A stretch of 63,432 bases of DNA, counting the filler, from Octopus bimaculoides (Eukaryota), in NCBI RefSeq assembly GCF_001194135.2. It is 4 parts of 3 records of this genome, joined end to end, with 100 filler letters (N's around TTAATTAATTAA, not from the genome) between each part and the next. Parts side by side here need not be neighbours in the genome. Positions count along the whole stretch, not along the records: positions 51,565 to 60,813 come from NC_068996.1; positions 60,914 to 63,432 come from NC_069006.1; 2 more parts are not named here. One strand, written 5' to 3'. The notes under the pieces were generated by a model. That model saw only the letters and a list, made by a program, of their open reading frames with translations, was not told the DNA's origin and did not search any database. Position 1 is the stretch's first letter. Every line of letters starts with the position of its first letter. Positions 52,453 to 63,432 of this stretch are shown here, in pieces. The translations under genes were made by a program, and so were the position numbers.

Positions 52453-52700
52453 NNNNNNNNNNATATATATTTATGTATGTATGTATGTATGTATGTATGT
52501 ATGTATGTATGCATGCATGTGTGTTTATATGTATGTATGTATGTATATACGACGCATTTCTTTCAATTTTCGCCTACCAAATCCACTAACAAGGCTTTGG
52601 TCGGTCCGAGGTCCAATGCAGTGAGATTGAACCTTGAACCATGTGGTTGCGAAGCAAGCTTCTTTATTTCATAAAAAATTCGCCATACGGCGTTACATAG

Positions 52701-53073
52701 NNNNNNNNNNATATAACAAAAGACTGTTACTCGGAGTTTCACGTTCCCGTTCATCGGACTAAGTTACGTAGACGTAAACACGCCGATGCCGTTTGTCAAG
52801 CGATGGAAAGGGGATAAAACACAGATACATAGACACAACACACACACACACACATACATACATACATATACATATATATATTTATGTATGTATGTATGTA
52901 TGTATGTATGTATGTATGTATGCATGCATGTGTGTTTATATGTATGTATGTATGTATATACGACGCATTTCTTTCAATTTTCGCCTACCAAATCCACTAA
53001 CAAGGCTTTGGTCGGTCCGAGGTCCAATGCAGTGAGATTGAACCTTGAACCATGTGGTTGCGAAGCAAGCTTC
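52701..53073 (-). mobile_element. SINE family A, 5'-clipped and partly deleted
   Basis: Reverse complement 'gaagcttgcttcgcaaccacatggttcaaggttcaatctcactgc..gaccaaagccttgttagtggatttggtaggcgaaaattgaaagaaatgcgtcgtata[microsatellite]..cggcgtgtttacgtc'. Confidence 0.8.
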
Positions 53074-54110
53074 TTTATTTCATAAAAAATTCGCCATACG
53101 GCGTTACATAGAGGGGACAGACCAAGACAAACAAACAAAGAAGCTACGGGCTGGACACGGACATTAATGAATGAAGATGAATACACAAGAAAGAATGAAA
53201 ATGAGAGAGGCACCAGCACCCGGCGACTGATAACCTCTCTAAAACTTTGTTCAATACAAGTCGGTCAAATCTATAAAACAAATTGTTAACACAAATGTTC
53301 TTCCTCTTTATATGAGGCAACAAGCCTCTTATGAATGTTCATATAATTCACTGGGCCTTTTAACCTTCCCATATCTGCAACCTCTTTTCACTAATGTCCA
53401 CACCCTCTCTAGGCACTCCTCGAGTGGCGTGTCGGCATTGCCCGGCGCCGTGAAGAATTCCTGCGCTACGTCCCATGTTATGACCTCCACAGCTATCTGC
53501 GGAGGCCATTCTCTTTCCACCTCCCACCCTCTAAAGAAGAAGACTAACGTTTCTTCTTCCTCCGGAGGAGGGAAAGACATTTCCGCAGTCGGCGGCACAA
53601 TTCCCACCGGCTGTGGTTCATCATTCGTTTGCACCTTTTTCTTTCTCTTCTTTTTCTTTTTTCTGGTGGGAGGGGAGGAGTCCTCCGGATTACCTGGGGG
53701 ATTCAATCCCTCTTTTCCACCTCTACATCTATTTAAGGTTTTGGCGGGCTACTATCGATGCCCGCCTTTCTCTTCTTTCCTCTTTCTATTGAGGCTATTG
53801 CCTCCTCATTTTTTTCCTGCAGAGCAGGAGTACTTTTTTTAATGGGTGTCTGCTCCTGGGTCACTTTCGTGAATCGGCGACAATCCTTTTTCAATTGACC
53901 AGGCTCCAGGCACCCGTGACACTTGGGAGGTCGTCCGTCAGGGATCACAGGATACCTAGATCTTGCCATGGTCAAGTAGTCTGGAAAGACCAGGCTGTCA
54001 TCGTCTAACTGGGTCCACAACGTTAATATGGCCTTTGCCCCGACCCAGTCAGCAGATGGCAACAATTTTACATTTAACACTTTAGTGTTTCTGGTGCCAC
54101 CAAGTCCCCT
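53074..54110 (-). mobile_element. Tx1/L1-like ORF1 remnant with degenerate zinc knuckle, followed by 3'-UTR-like sequence and AATAAA
   Basis: ORF 53733-54080: IPDGRPPKCHGCLEPGQLKKDC (CX2CX4[H>Q]X4C gag knuckle preceded by G.P). Frameshifted basic, Pro-rich continuation at 53329-53706. AATAAA at 53079-53074. No EN or RT seen. Confidence 0.6.
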
Positions 54111-55740
54111 TTTCTGCTCATTATATATATATTCTTGCGTGTTTTTGCATGCATACTAGATTATACTTTATTATATTCTGTGGAATTATTAAGTACTATA
54201 ATGTTTCTTTAACATAAGTTGTATATTCTAAGACACATAGACGTGGGCGTGCACAGGCACATATATGTTTGTATATATGTACCGTTATTGTTATTTAGTG
54301 GCATGAGAGCGCTGATCGAGCAGATCTGTGATTAAAGAAGCAGGTCAATCATAATTCAACCAGTCCAGTGTAGCTAGGTTTACAAAATAAAATGTGGCCA
54401 TCTTTCAAAGTGCTAAGGTATAGCTAAGGAGATTTTGCTTAACCTTTTAGCACTGTATCATCTCAGTACAAGTAATGCACATACAACCGTAGTTTCAGGC
54501 TGCCAATGAACAATAACATCCGAACGCCATCTCTACTCCCAACGCACATGGACGTTAGTATCAGGAAAAATTTAATCAGTACTTTTGAAGAATTATGACA
54601 GTATAAACTAAAGACCCGATTACCACTATCGCCAACATTTCAGATGTTATATTAATTTAAACTCAGGCAATTACAAACCATAGAGAAAACTAAGCAAAAT
54701 ATGTATTCATATTGATAGATATTTAACCCACCCTTCTGTCATCATCTAGAGACAGATTAAAGTGTAAAGGAACGAATTTGTAATATAACTTGAAACAAAG
54801 AAGCCACTTACCATAAGTGAGCCGCTGGGAAGAATGTTTTCACAAAAGATTATACAGCAAAGAATGTATAAGTGACAAAACATAATATAGCGTGAACGCA
54901 ACTGAAATTTCACGGTTGCTCGTTCTCGTTCTTTAAACCTCAGTATCAGTTCCAGTGTAACTAAAACCCCTGAATTTAATTTCGAAATAATTCACAAGAG
55001 GTTTTTTTTAACGAACACGCAACTGTTTTCTGATGTCGATAATATTATCACATATAGCAATAACGGAAGCTGCAGCGAGTAACAAATAATCACCAACCTT
55101 AGTTCATTAATTATAACGAAGGAGACAACCTTCGAGACATCATTCCAAGCAATTGTATAACCACTGAATTTTGGGCCTTCACTGAAAATGGAATTCGAAA
55201 GCGATCGTTTACTAAACTGGTATGATCTCTTGGTCAAGGTTTAGAGCACTGGGAGTCGTTATGCAAACAGAAAATCGACTTTCGAATTCACCAGAACTTA
55301 ACAACTTTGCCAAGCTATTCATTGCAACTGGAAATAAATCGCCCTAATTTAAGTAGTCCATCGTGTATTGAAGCCCCCCCCCCAAAAAAAAAAAAAAAAA
55401 AAAAAATTAATCGATGAATAGTCTGTAATCTCCGCGGGAAGAAGGAACTCAAACGACAACATTCTTAAAAAGGTTAGATTAAATACCGAAATGGTGTCGT
55501 AGGAATAAATTTATCTTTATAACTATAACAAAAACTCAAACAAAATAAATTCTTCAGATATATATCAAGTCTAACTGCTGATAAACGTAATGAAACCAAC
55601 TCGAAATCCATATCATTTGACCATGCTGGAACTCTCACCAAGTATCGACTCCTGAAAAAACGTAATAAGTACAAAATCCAAATAACAGCACAAATAAGAA
55701 CAACAGAATAATATAAATAAACTATTCTCCCATTTGCTAT

Positions 55741-55801
55741 TATACATACGTACATACATACATACATACATACATACATACATACATACATACATACATA
55801 C
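55741..55801. repeat. (TACA)n microsatellite
   Basis: Visible. Confidence 0.97.
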
Positions 55802-57789
55802 AGTCATTCATACAATATTTACTGCCATTCGAAGTGAAGCTGAAGGAATCAGTAAGCTGAGTGAATAAAGTGTTTTTTAGTGTTACTATAAATAGTTGTA
55901 GTATCATTGACCTATTGTTCACCTCCACTAAGTGTGGTAGGTGAAGCGAAATAGATCAATGATACTACAACTAGTCATCACACTCCGACCAGTTACAAGG
56001 TACTAATCGCGGAGATTCAGACAATGGTCTTCGTATTGTACAAGCGTTTATCACTATAAATCACTGATGTACAAATATTTCTTTATGGTGATCTTATTTG
56101 TCATTCCATCAACTGAAAATCCATGGCGGCGTGTGCAGAACTAACCACTTGAAAGCGCACAGTACGTTACAATTTTGGTCAATCGTATATGGTTCAAACC
56201 ATAGAGATCGGCATCGGGACTGAACACTCATATGAGAGGTCAGGGTCGGAAAGTCAGAAATCCCATTTATAACGAGGAAGTCGGAGAAGGCAACCATTTG
56301 TGAAGATGAAGTAATCTCCTTAAAATAATGCATGTATGTGTGTGTGTGTGTGTGTATGTGTGTATCTTTTACTAACATACTAAAAAGAAGAAAAAACGCA
56401 ATTCTTCCACAAAAAAAAACAATCAGATACAACAGACATAATTCGAAGAGTTCAGTAAGAGACTCTCTTGAAGGTTTCGAAATCCCAACTCCAAATTACT
56501 ATATAATAACACTATAAACCTTCTCAAACACCAGTTGCTGACGTCACTTCTTACTTGACCAATGCAATTTTTGCCTCCGATCAGGACCAGACCCTCAGAA
56601 AAAAAAACTGACTCCTTAAGGGATTCAACCAACCGGAACAATTGGTGACCACTAGGCAAAAACTAATGACCGAGTCCCTACAGGGAAGTCAACCAAGCAG
56701 AACGCTGAACTTGAGCAAACCAAAAACAGGTTCTTTATCAAAATAAAGTGATGTCACGAAACCTATAGCCAATCAAAATCTCTTCTTATGTACAGGGGAC
56801 CAACCAATCAAAACTCTAATGCCAAAACAAAATGTATTTTTTTATCAAACACATTCATCAGAAAGAATAAGATATCATCAAAATTATAATCAATCAAAAA
56901 TTAGATCCTTTCACGTAAAAGCTTAGCTATACACAAACTATTTTCTAATTCCACCAAAACACTGTGAAAAACGAAGGGACCAGTACAAGAAGCAACATTA
57001 AAAAAAAGAACTACACGCACAACGACTGAAATTGTAAAACAAGATTTTTTTTTTACACTCTTCCTTTTGCTTCCCTCTTTTGTCCACATATTCTGTAAAA
57101 ACTCAATATGACAGAACTTTCAATAATGTACATTTGTTATATTCTCCGAACATTTACTTTCATATTATCTATCCCTGTGAAACTCATTGAATTTTATGTG
57201 AACATTTGATCATTTGATCATTTAAGCATGTTTGTAATTTTAAATTCTGTTAAAATTCCCTTGTTTGATATCTGTTTGGATCATTGATAAACAAGAAATT
57301 GTTGAAACAAGTTTGGTATATAAGTGAAGAAATTTATTTAAAAACAACTTCACGTTTACAAATTCAGGTGTATTTTCAAATCCCCAAACAAATTCTCCTG
57401 CATATATATATATATATAAGATAAAAAACAGTGAAAAAACTAAAGAATGCTTGTGTTATATGGTTAAAGTATATATTTAAATCGTTATGTTAGAAAAATG
57501 TTATAAAATTTTGAGTATAGAAAAATTGTTTTTGGAGAAATAACCAGTTTCGTATTTTCTTTTCAAATTTCTCTACCTGCATCGTAACATGTCTTCGCTA
57601 TGATGTAAAATATGGAGTTCTAGATAGGAGAAGGTAATCAGGGATTTTTTCCGGTACAAGAGAGATAATAATAAATGTTAGGGATGAAAAGGTTTGATTA
57701 AATTAACATGATTTGGTATAGAAGGAACAGTATGTTGCAAGTGGTTAGATTTTGCTTTATATTTTTCAATGAGGTGAGTTTCCTTATTT

Positions 57790-60345
57790 AAAAATGTTAG
57801 GAATGATTAAGTTTTGGCTTATATTTTTCAATGAAGAAGGTTTCATTATTTAATCTAATTTGTGTTGGTGATCCAATGGCACATTGATAGAATGGAAAGA
57901 TTATAAATTGTGGTAGCATTTGTTTTGCGCATTTCTCAATATGTTCACTAAAGGGTATCATTCTGTATTCTGGGAATGCAATCTTCTGTCAATGCAGAGT
58001 GCATCTGCGTCTGAGCGATAATCCTGTGGACCCTATGTAGTTTTGGTGGCAACCCGAGCATTTTATGACATAAATCAGGTTTTCTGAGGCACAAGTAAAG
58101 TCAGATTTGATTTTGAATTTTTGTCCTTCTTTCAAAAAGGAATTCTGATCCTTCTAGAAGGTTTGGGCATGTTGCGCAATTTGGTCGACCACAGTTTTCA
58201 CTTTTGCATCTGTTATTTTGGAAAATATATTTTCCTTTGTGAGGATCTTTTTTAGTCATTTCGGTTGTTTGTAGCTTTTAATGATTTTATGTGTGTGTAA
58301 AATTTCCTTTAATTTGGGGTCCTTATGTAGCATTGGCAAATTTTGGGTGATAATGGGGAACGCTTTGTTTCTGGAGTTGTATGTGCATATGTAAGGCAGT
58401 ATTTTCGGGGAAGGCTTGTTGCTGTGTTGAACTTTTCTTAAGTTTTCTATGTCGATTTGTGATGTACGTCTGATTCCATCCCCTATGAGTTGAACTGGGT
58501 AGTGTCTGTCAATTAGGGTATTTTTGAGTTTTTGCAGTCTAAAGTCTCTGGTATTTTGTTCTGACACTACCATGCATATCCTTCTTGCAAGGTTGAAGGG
58601 GATGTTTGCTTTGGTGTGTTTTGGGTGGCATGAATCAAATAGTAGATATTGTTTGGCGTCTGTGGTTTTGTAAAATATATTCGTTTCTACTTTTAAGTTT
58701 ATTTTTTAATTAGTATATCCAAGAATGGGAGCTCCTTTTGATTGTATTCCATTGTGAACTATATGTTTGGGTTGACGCTGTTCAATAGTCTTTTGAATTT
58801 CAGGAGTTTATCTGTGTTTTCATTCCAGAGTATGAAACAGTCGTCTAGGAATCTTATCCAATTTTCTTTTATGTATTGGGAAAGGGGGTTTCTAAAGGTA
58901 GATAAAGATTTCTGGTATATTATTACTTCCAAGTAACCCATTATTAGGTTCGCAATGACTGGAGCTGCCCTAGTGATTATAGCAATTCCAGATTTTTATC
59001 GGTAAACGTATTGTCAAGCATGTAGTGGTTGTTTCGTAAGATGAATTCAACCGATTTAGTTATGAATTCTTTACTGATCCTGTTTGGGATTTCTTTCGAG
59101 AATTGGTCCAGCCAGAACTGAATTGCCTCTAGTCCATAATTATGAGGTATACTGGTATATAAATTTATCACATCAAATGAAACCATGATTGTTTCTTCCT
59201 TGACTTTTTGGGGGAGGTGATTTTATATATCCAAGTCATCTCTGATATGGCTATTGATGTATTTAAGGAAGGGTTTTAGGACGATGTCCATAAATAGACT
59301 TAGTCTGTGAGTTTCACAGGCTGGGCCAGCTATAATGTGTTGTAGTTTCAGGTCCCCCAGGTTTGGTATATGTATGTACGTCTTTGGTGATTTTTTAATG
59401 GTTTCATTTATAATCTGGCTTTTGTGTATTTTTGGCAGACCATAGAAAAGGCTAGGTTTGAATTTAAAGTTTGTTAGAAAATCAATCTCTTTGGTTGTCA
59501 GTTCATTTCCATGGATTTTAATTAGTGAGGACAGAGTTTTCATTATTTTTTGCGGGGTGTAGTTTCTGACTTTTTCATAATGTTGATTGTCATCAAGCAT
59601 GGAGATTACTAGGTTTCTATAGTATAATGTGTCCATTATTACAATTGCACTTCCGTTATATCTTCATTATTTTAAAGAAATGTTAGTTCCTTTCATTGTG
59701 TAGGGCTGAAGTTTGAGTTAACTGTCTGTTTATGCATGGTGTGGTAGGGAAAGTTCTCAATGTGGTAGCAGAATTCATCAAGATTATTATTTCTTCCTTT
59801 GTGGAGCATGTGTTCACTTTGTTTTGACTAGTGAGTCATCTTCAGTGTTGTAATTGGTTAATGCTTCTGTGAGTCTTACTTTTCTACAGAATTCTATTAT
59901 ACTGTCCTTCATTTCATTTTGGTCGGCTCTGCGTGGAGTTGGGCTGAATTTTAACCCTTTTGAGAGGATGTCTATTTTTATGCTTGAAAGAGGTTTAGTT
60001 GAGAGGTTAATTATCTTCGGTTTTTCCTGATTACCAGGTTCCAGCCTATGTCCTGGTGTCTCTGGTCTGGGGCTAAAAAATGTTTGTAATTTTGTTTGCA
60101 TGAGCTGTCTGTGAGGTTTATGGGATTTGTTCGGGGGAATGGTAGTATTGTTGCTTCAGATTGTTATGTGTGTGGGTGTCTATGGGTGTTTTGGTTAGTG
60201 ATGTGTGTAACATTTCTGCATGTGATATATTTTTTTTCGAATTTCTAGTATGCGGGATGTTTCTTGACCTAGTGTTATTTTGTGTTGTTCTTGTGTTCGG
60301 TGGGGACCTGCAATTTTTGTTCATAGGGTGGACTACCCTATGACC
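57790..60345 (-). mobile_element. Near full-length Penelope-like retroelement (RT + GIY-YIG), pseudogenised
   Basis: Ordered motifs: IINLSTKPL..LSKGLKFSPTP; FYGLPKIHK; SFDVINLYTSIP (motif A); APVIANLIMG (B); WIRFLDDCF (C); LPFLDILI; YKTTDAKQYLLFDSCHPKH; CGRPNCATC; NLIYVIKCSGCHQNYIGSTG (GIY-YIG); KYKPKLN. Stops and frameshifts present. Confidence 0.95.
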
Positions 60346-60346
60346 C

Positions 60347-60813
60347 AATGGGTTACTTGGAAGTAATAATATACCAGGAATCTTTATCTACGCCAAACAA
60401 TATCTACTATTTGATTCATGCCACCCAAGACACACCAAAGCAAACATCCCCTTCAACCTTGCAAGAATGATATGCATGGTAGTGTCAGAACAAAATACCA
60501 GAGACTTTAGACTGCAAAAACTCAAAAATACCCTAATTGACAGACACTACCCAGTTCAACTCATAGAGGATGGAATCAGACGTGCAACACAAATCGACAT
60601 AGAAAACTTAAGAAAAGTTCAACACAGCAACAAGCCTTCCCCGAAAATACTGCCTTACATATCCACATACAACTCCAGAAACAAAGCGTTCCCCATTATC
60701 ACCCAAAATTTACCAATGCTACATAAGGACCCCAAATTAAAGGAAATTTTACACACACAAAATCATTAAAAGCTACAAACAACCGAAATGACTAAAAAAG
60801 ATCCTCACAAAGG
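60347..60813 (+). mobile_element. Inverted partial copy of the same Penelope element with an internal deletion
   Basis: Matches the minus strand of 58942-58898, then jumps via an 'AC' microhomology to 58657 and continues to about 58228. About 7 substitutions by eye. Truncated by the gap. Confidence 0.92.
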
Positions 60814-60913
60814 NNNNNNNNNNNNNNNNNNNNNNNNNNNNNNNNNNNNNNNNNNNNTTAATTAATTAANNNNNNNNNNNNNNNNNNNNNNNNNNNNNNN
60901 NNNNNNNNNNNNN

Positions 60914-61035
60914 CGATTCGGCAAAATAAGTACTAGGCTTACAAATAATAAGTCCTGGGGTTGATTTGTTCGACTAAAGGCAGTGCTCCAGCATGGCCGC
61001 AGTCAAATCACTGAAACAAGTAAAAGAATAAAACA
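60914..61035 (+). mobile_element. SINE family A 3' end
   Basis: 'aagtactaggcttacaaataataagtcctgggg..ccagcatggccgcagtcaaatcactgaaacaagtaaaagaataaaa'. Confidence 0.88.
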
Positions 61036-61524
61036 GAAAGAGAAAGAAAAGTGTTCCTGAAACACTTTCGTTCAAGCTAGAGATGCAAGGGAGGTAACTC
61101 TGAAAACCTTTAAAAGTCACACCGTTTGAATGTAAATCATTTATGTGTTAGAAGTGAATTCAAAGATAAACAATAGATTATATCAAAATGGATTTTCAAA
61201 CAAGAAAACTGGGAAAATAACGAAAAAAAGTGCTATTTCTGTTTTAAGTATCAACAAACTTTCTCGCCGGTAAAGATAACAGCATCAAAATTAAAGAAAG
61301 AAACGGAGTAGAATGATCTAAGTAGCACATCTACCCGGGTTGCAGAAGATGCCTGTTTCGAAACACACATGATGCTTTCCTCTTTTTTATCATTTAAGGG
61401 AGTTTTAACTCAATGTGTCATAAACTAAGACACTGCATCCTTCTAAAATTCCATGCTTTCTAAAATACGGCAACATTACACCGTGCGTTTTATTATGTAC
61501 TGTGCGTGTATTTCTGGCTGTCAT

Positions 61525-61737
61525 TCTTTTTCATTCTACAAATAGGCACAAAGCCTGAAATTTGGGGGTAGCGGCATGGTCAATTTCATCAATCCCAGTG
61601 CTCGACAACTTTTTATTTTTATCGACCCCGAAAGGTAAAGTCAACTTCAGGAAAATTTGAACTCGGACTATAAAGCCGGGAGAAATAACACTTAACATTT
61701 TGTTTGGCGTGCAAACGATTCTGCCAGGTCACCCCTT
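61525..61737 (-). mobile_element. SINE family B
   Basis: 'atcgaccccgaaaggtaaagtcaacttcaggaaaatttgaactcgg..aacgattctgccagg' shared with 9016 and 22105. Confidence 0.8.
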
Positions 61738-63395
61738 AATGTTTTGGCTATGATTGTTGTTCTTTCTTTTAAACGTTTCCAACGATTTCGTGCACCTGAG
61801 CACTGAATGCAATACATTCATTACTATTATAAATGAATTCACTTCAAAATATCTCATTAATAGACCTTATCTCCATATTTCTCGATTCTTTTATATATCT
61901 TTCACTTGTTATTGGACTGCGAACATACTGGGGGTTTCGCCTTGAAAGATTTACATTAGCAAAAAGATTAAATACTTATAAGGATCTATTATCGACTCAT
62001 AAGAATGAACAGAGGGAGATAGAAATACCTAGGGGCGCCAGCTACATGAAGATCAAACAGTAAAGTGGATGACAGCATATTTCAATGACTAATGGTTAAA
62101 GTTATTCGACTCTGATTATAAGGGCGCGGTTTCAAATCTGCAAAACTATAAAGTTGATGTGATTATGTACACGTCTGGTACCCTTTGTCATCGGAGAGAT
62201 TGGTAGGTGAAATCTAGCTTGATTGTATTTGAACTCAACATGTTGAGGTTAGATAGTTAAGTCGGTGAGTGTAGTCCTTTAACAAGCCTAACAGACGGGA
62301 TAGCTACGGCTGGAATCTCTTTGGTGATATACTTGTTTGATTAGAACCGACCTACAGTAAACAACATCAAAAACATGGGAGGACACATTCGATAACGTAG
62401 TCCGAGATACACTTATGCCTCAATAAAAGATTGGGTGGTCATGGCTGGAATTAGGAGTTTTCTTTGATGATAGGTCGTAGAATGCCCTTAACAACAATTG
62501 CTGCTACAAACTGATATTACTCAAGAAGAAAGTCGTTACATTCTCAATATCTGTCAAATTTCCCTCAAATCACATGGAACTATATATATATATTTTTTTA
62601 ATGGAGCGATACATAAAACAGAAATAAGAAAGCCGCAATCAGTGACGATCTGAGCTGACACCAAACTTAAAACGTGATTAAAGGGAGGTAATCCCTATTG
62701 ATTCCTTGTTTAATTGATATATCAAAGAACTAACAGTCACTCTTTCTCGTTTGTTTTGGGGGTGGGTTCCATCTATTTTAATTATTTTCCAATATTATTT
62801 GAATTAACATATATAACATTTTTTATCGTAGTCTTTTATGTATTTTTATAGCTCTATTTTCCCTCTACAACTTTTGTTTTTTGTTTTTGAAATTTGAATA
62901 AATTTTACGTCTTTCCAGACATTTGATAAACGAACGAATTTATGTGACAACTCAATATTTAGTTTTTAATACACAAAGTGTAATTAATCTTTCAATTGAT
63001 TCAAACTGTTTATTAGTCAAATTGCATTTTGTTTTCTTTGTATTAGTGACGTCTTCTATAATTTTCTACTGAGGTAATTAACTTAATTAACCACAAATTA
63101 ATAACATTTACAACAGATAGGACCACGGGATCTTTTTGGTTTGACAGACAACATTTGGGATCTTTTTTAAAACGGGGGCCACATTTTTCATTAACGAAAC
63201 ACTTTGAAACTTGGAACACTGGTAGAATGTGTCATATAAAACATCTTTTTCTCTTAGTATTCTTTAAAAAAAAAGAAATCCATAAGTTATTCCATGTTAA
63301 AGTTGTCGTATTTCTGTAATTTCAACCAATCACTGACGTCCATTCAGCCGATATACATTAAGTGCCGACTACATAAACAAACGATTCTGAAACAA

Positions 63396-63423
63396 TTAAC
63401 CCTAACCCTAGGGTTAGGGTTAA
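63396..63423. repeat. 28-bp perfect palindrome of telomeric hexamers
   Basis: TTAACCCTAACCCTAGGGTTAGGGTTAA equals its own reverse complement. Confidence 0.95.
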
Positions 63424-63432
63424 AGCAAATTT

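Noticed and set aside
52463-52700. Exact duplicate of 52874-53111
   Set aside because: Identical and bounded by 10-N gaps on both sides; most likely a redundant contig, not a real tandem duplication.

Overview
AT-rich, microsatellite-dense, heavily gapped eukaryotic draft sequence. The repeat content and an expanded 18S fragment suggest a coleoid cephalopod, probably Octopus (inference). I can support no host protein-coding gene; almost all ORF-track entries are microsatellite or N-gap artefacts. The window is a mosaic of mobile DNA: two tRNA-headed SINE families, a near-complete but dead Penelope-like element (RT + GIY-YIG) with an inverted, internally deleted partial copy, a second Penelope fragment, R4/Dong, HERO, RTE, CR1/L2 and Tx1/L1-like LINE remnants, three mariner remnants and a foldback element. 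There is also an orphan GC-rich 18S rDNA V4 fragment. The most interesting signal is a set of type I hammerhead ribozyme (HHR) motifs not attached to any ORF. Three have full cores and all three stems (24414-24474 +, 25354-25412 +, 40587-40660 -); two minimal ones carry a single core change. The two adjacent HHRs lie in short non-coding units (about 478 and about 540 nt) arranged as partial-tandem or circularly permuted copies, as expected for retrozyme-like, circRNA-replicating non-autonomous Penelope elements. All structures were folded and aligned by eye, not computed.
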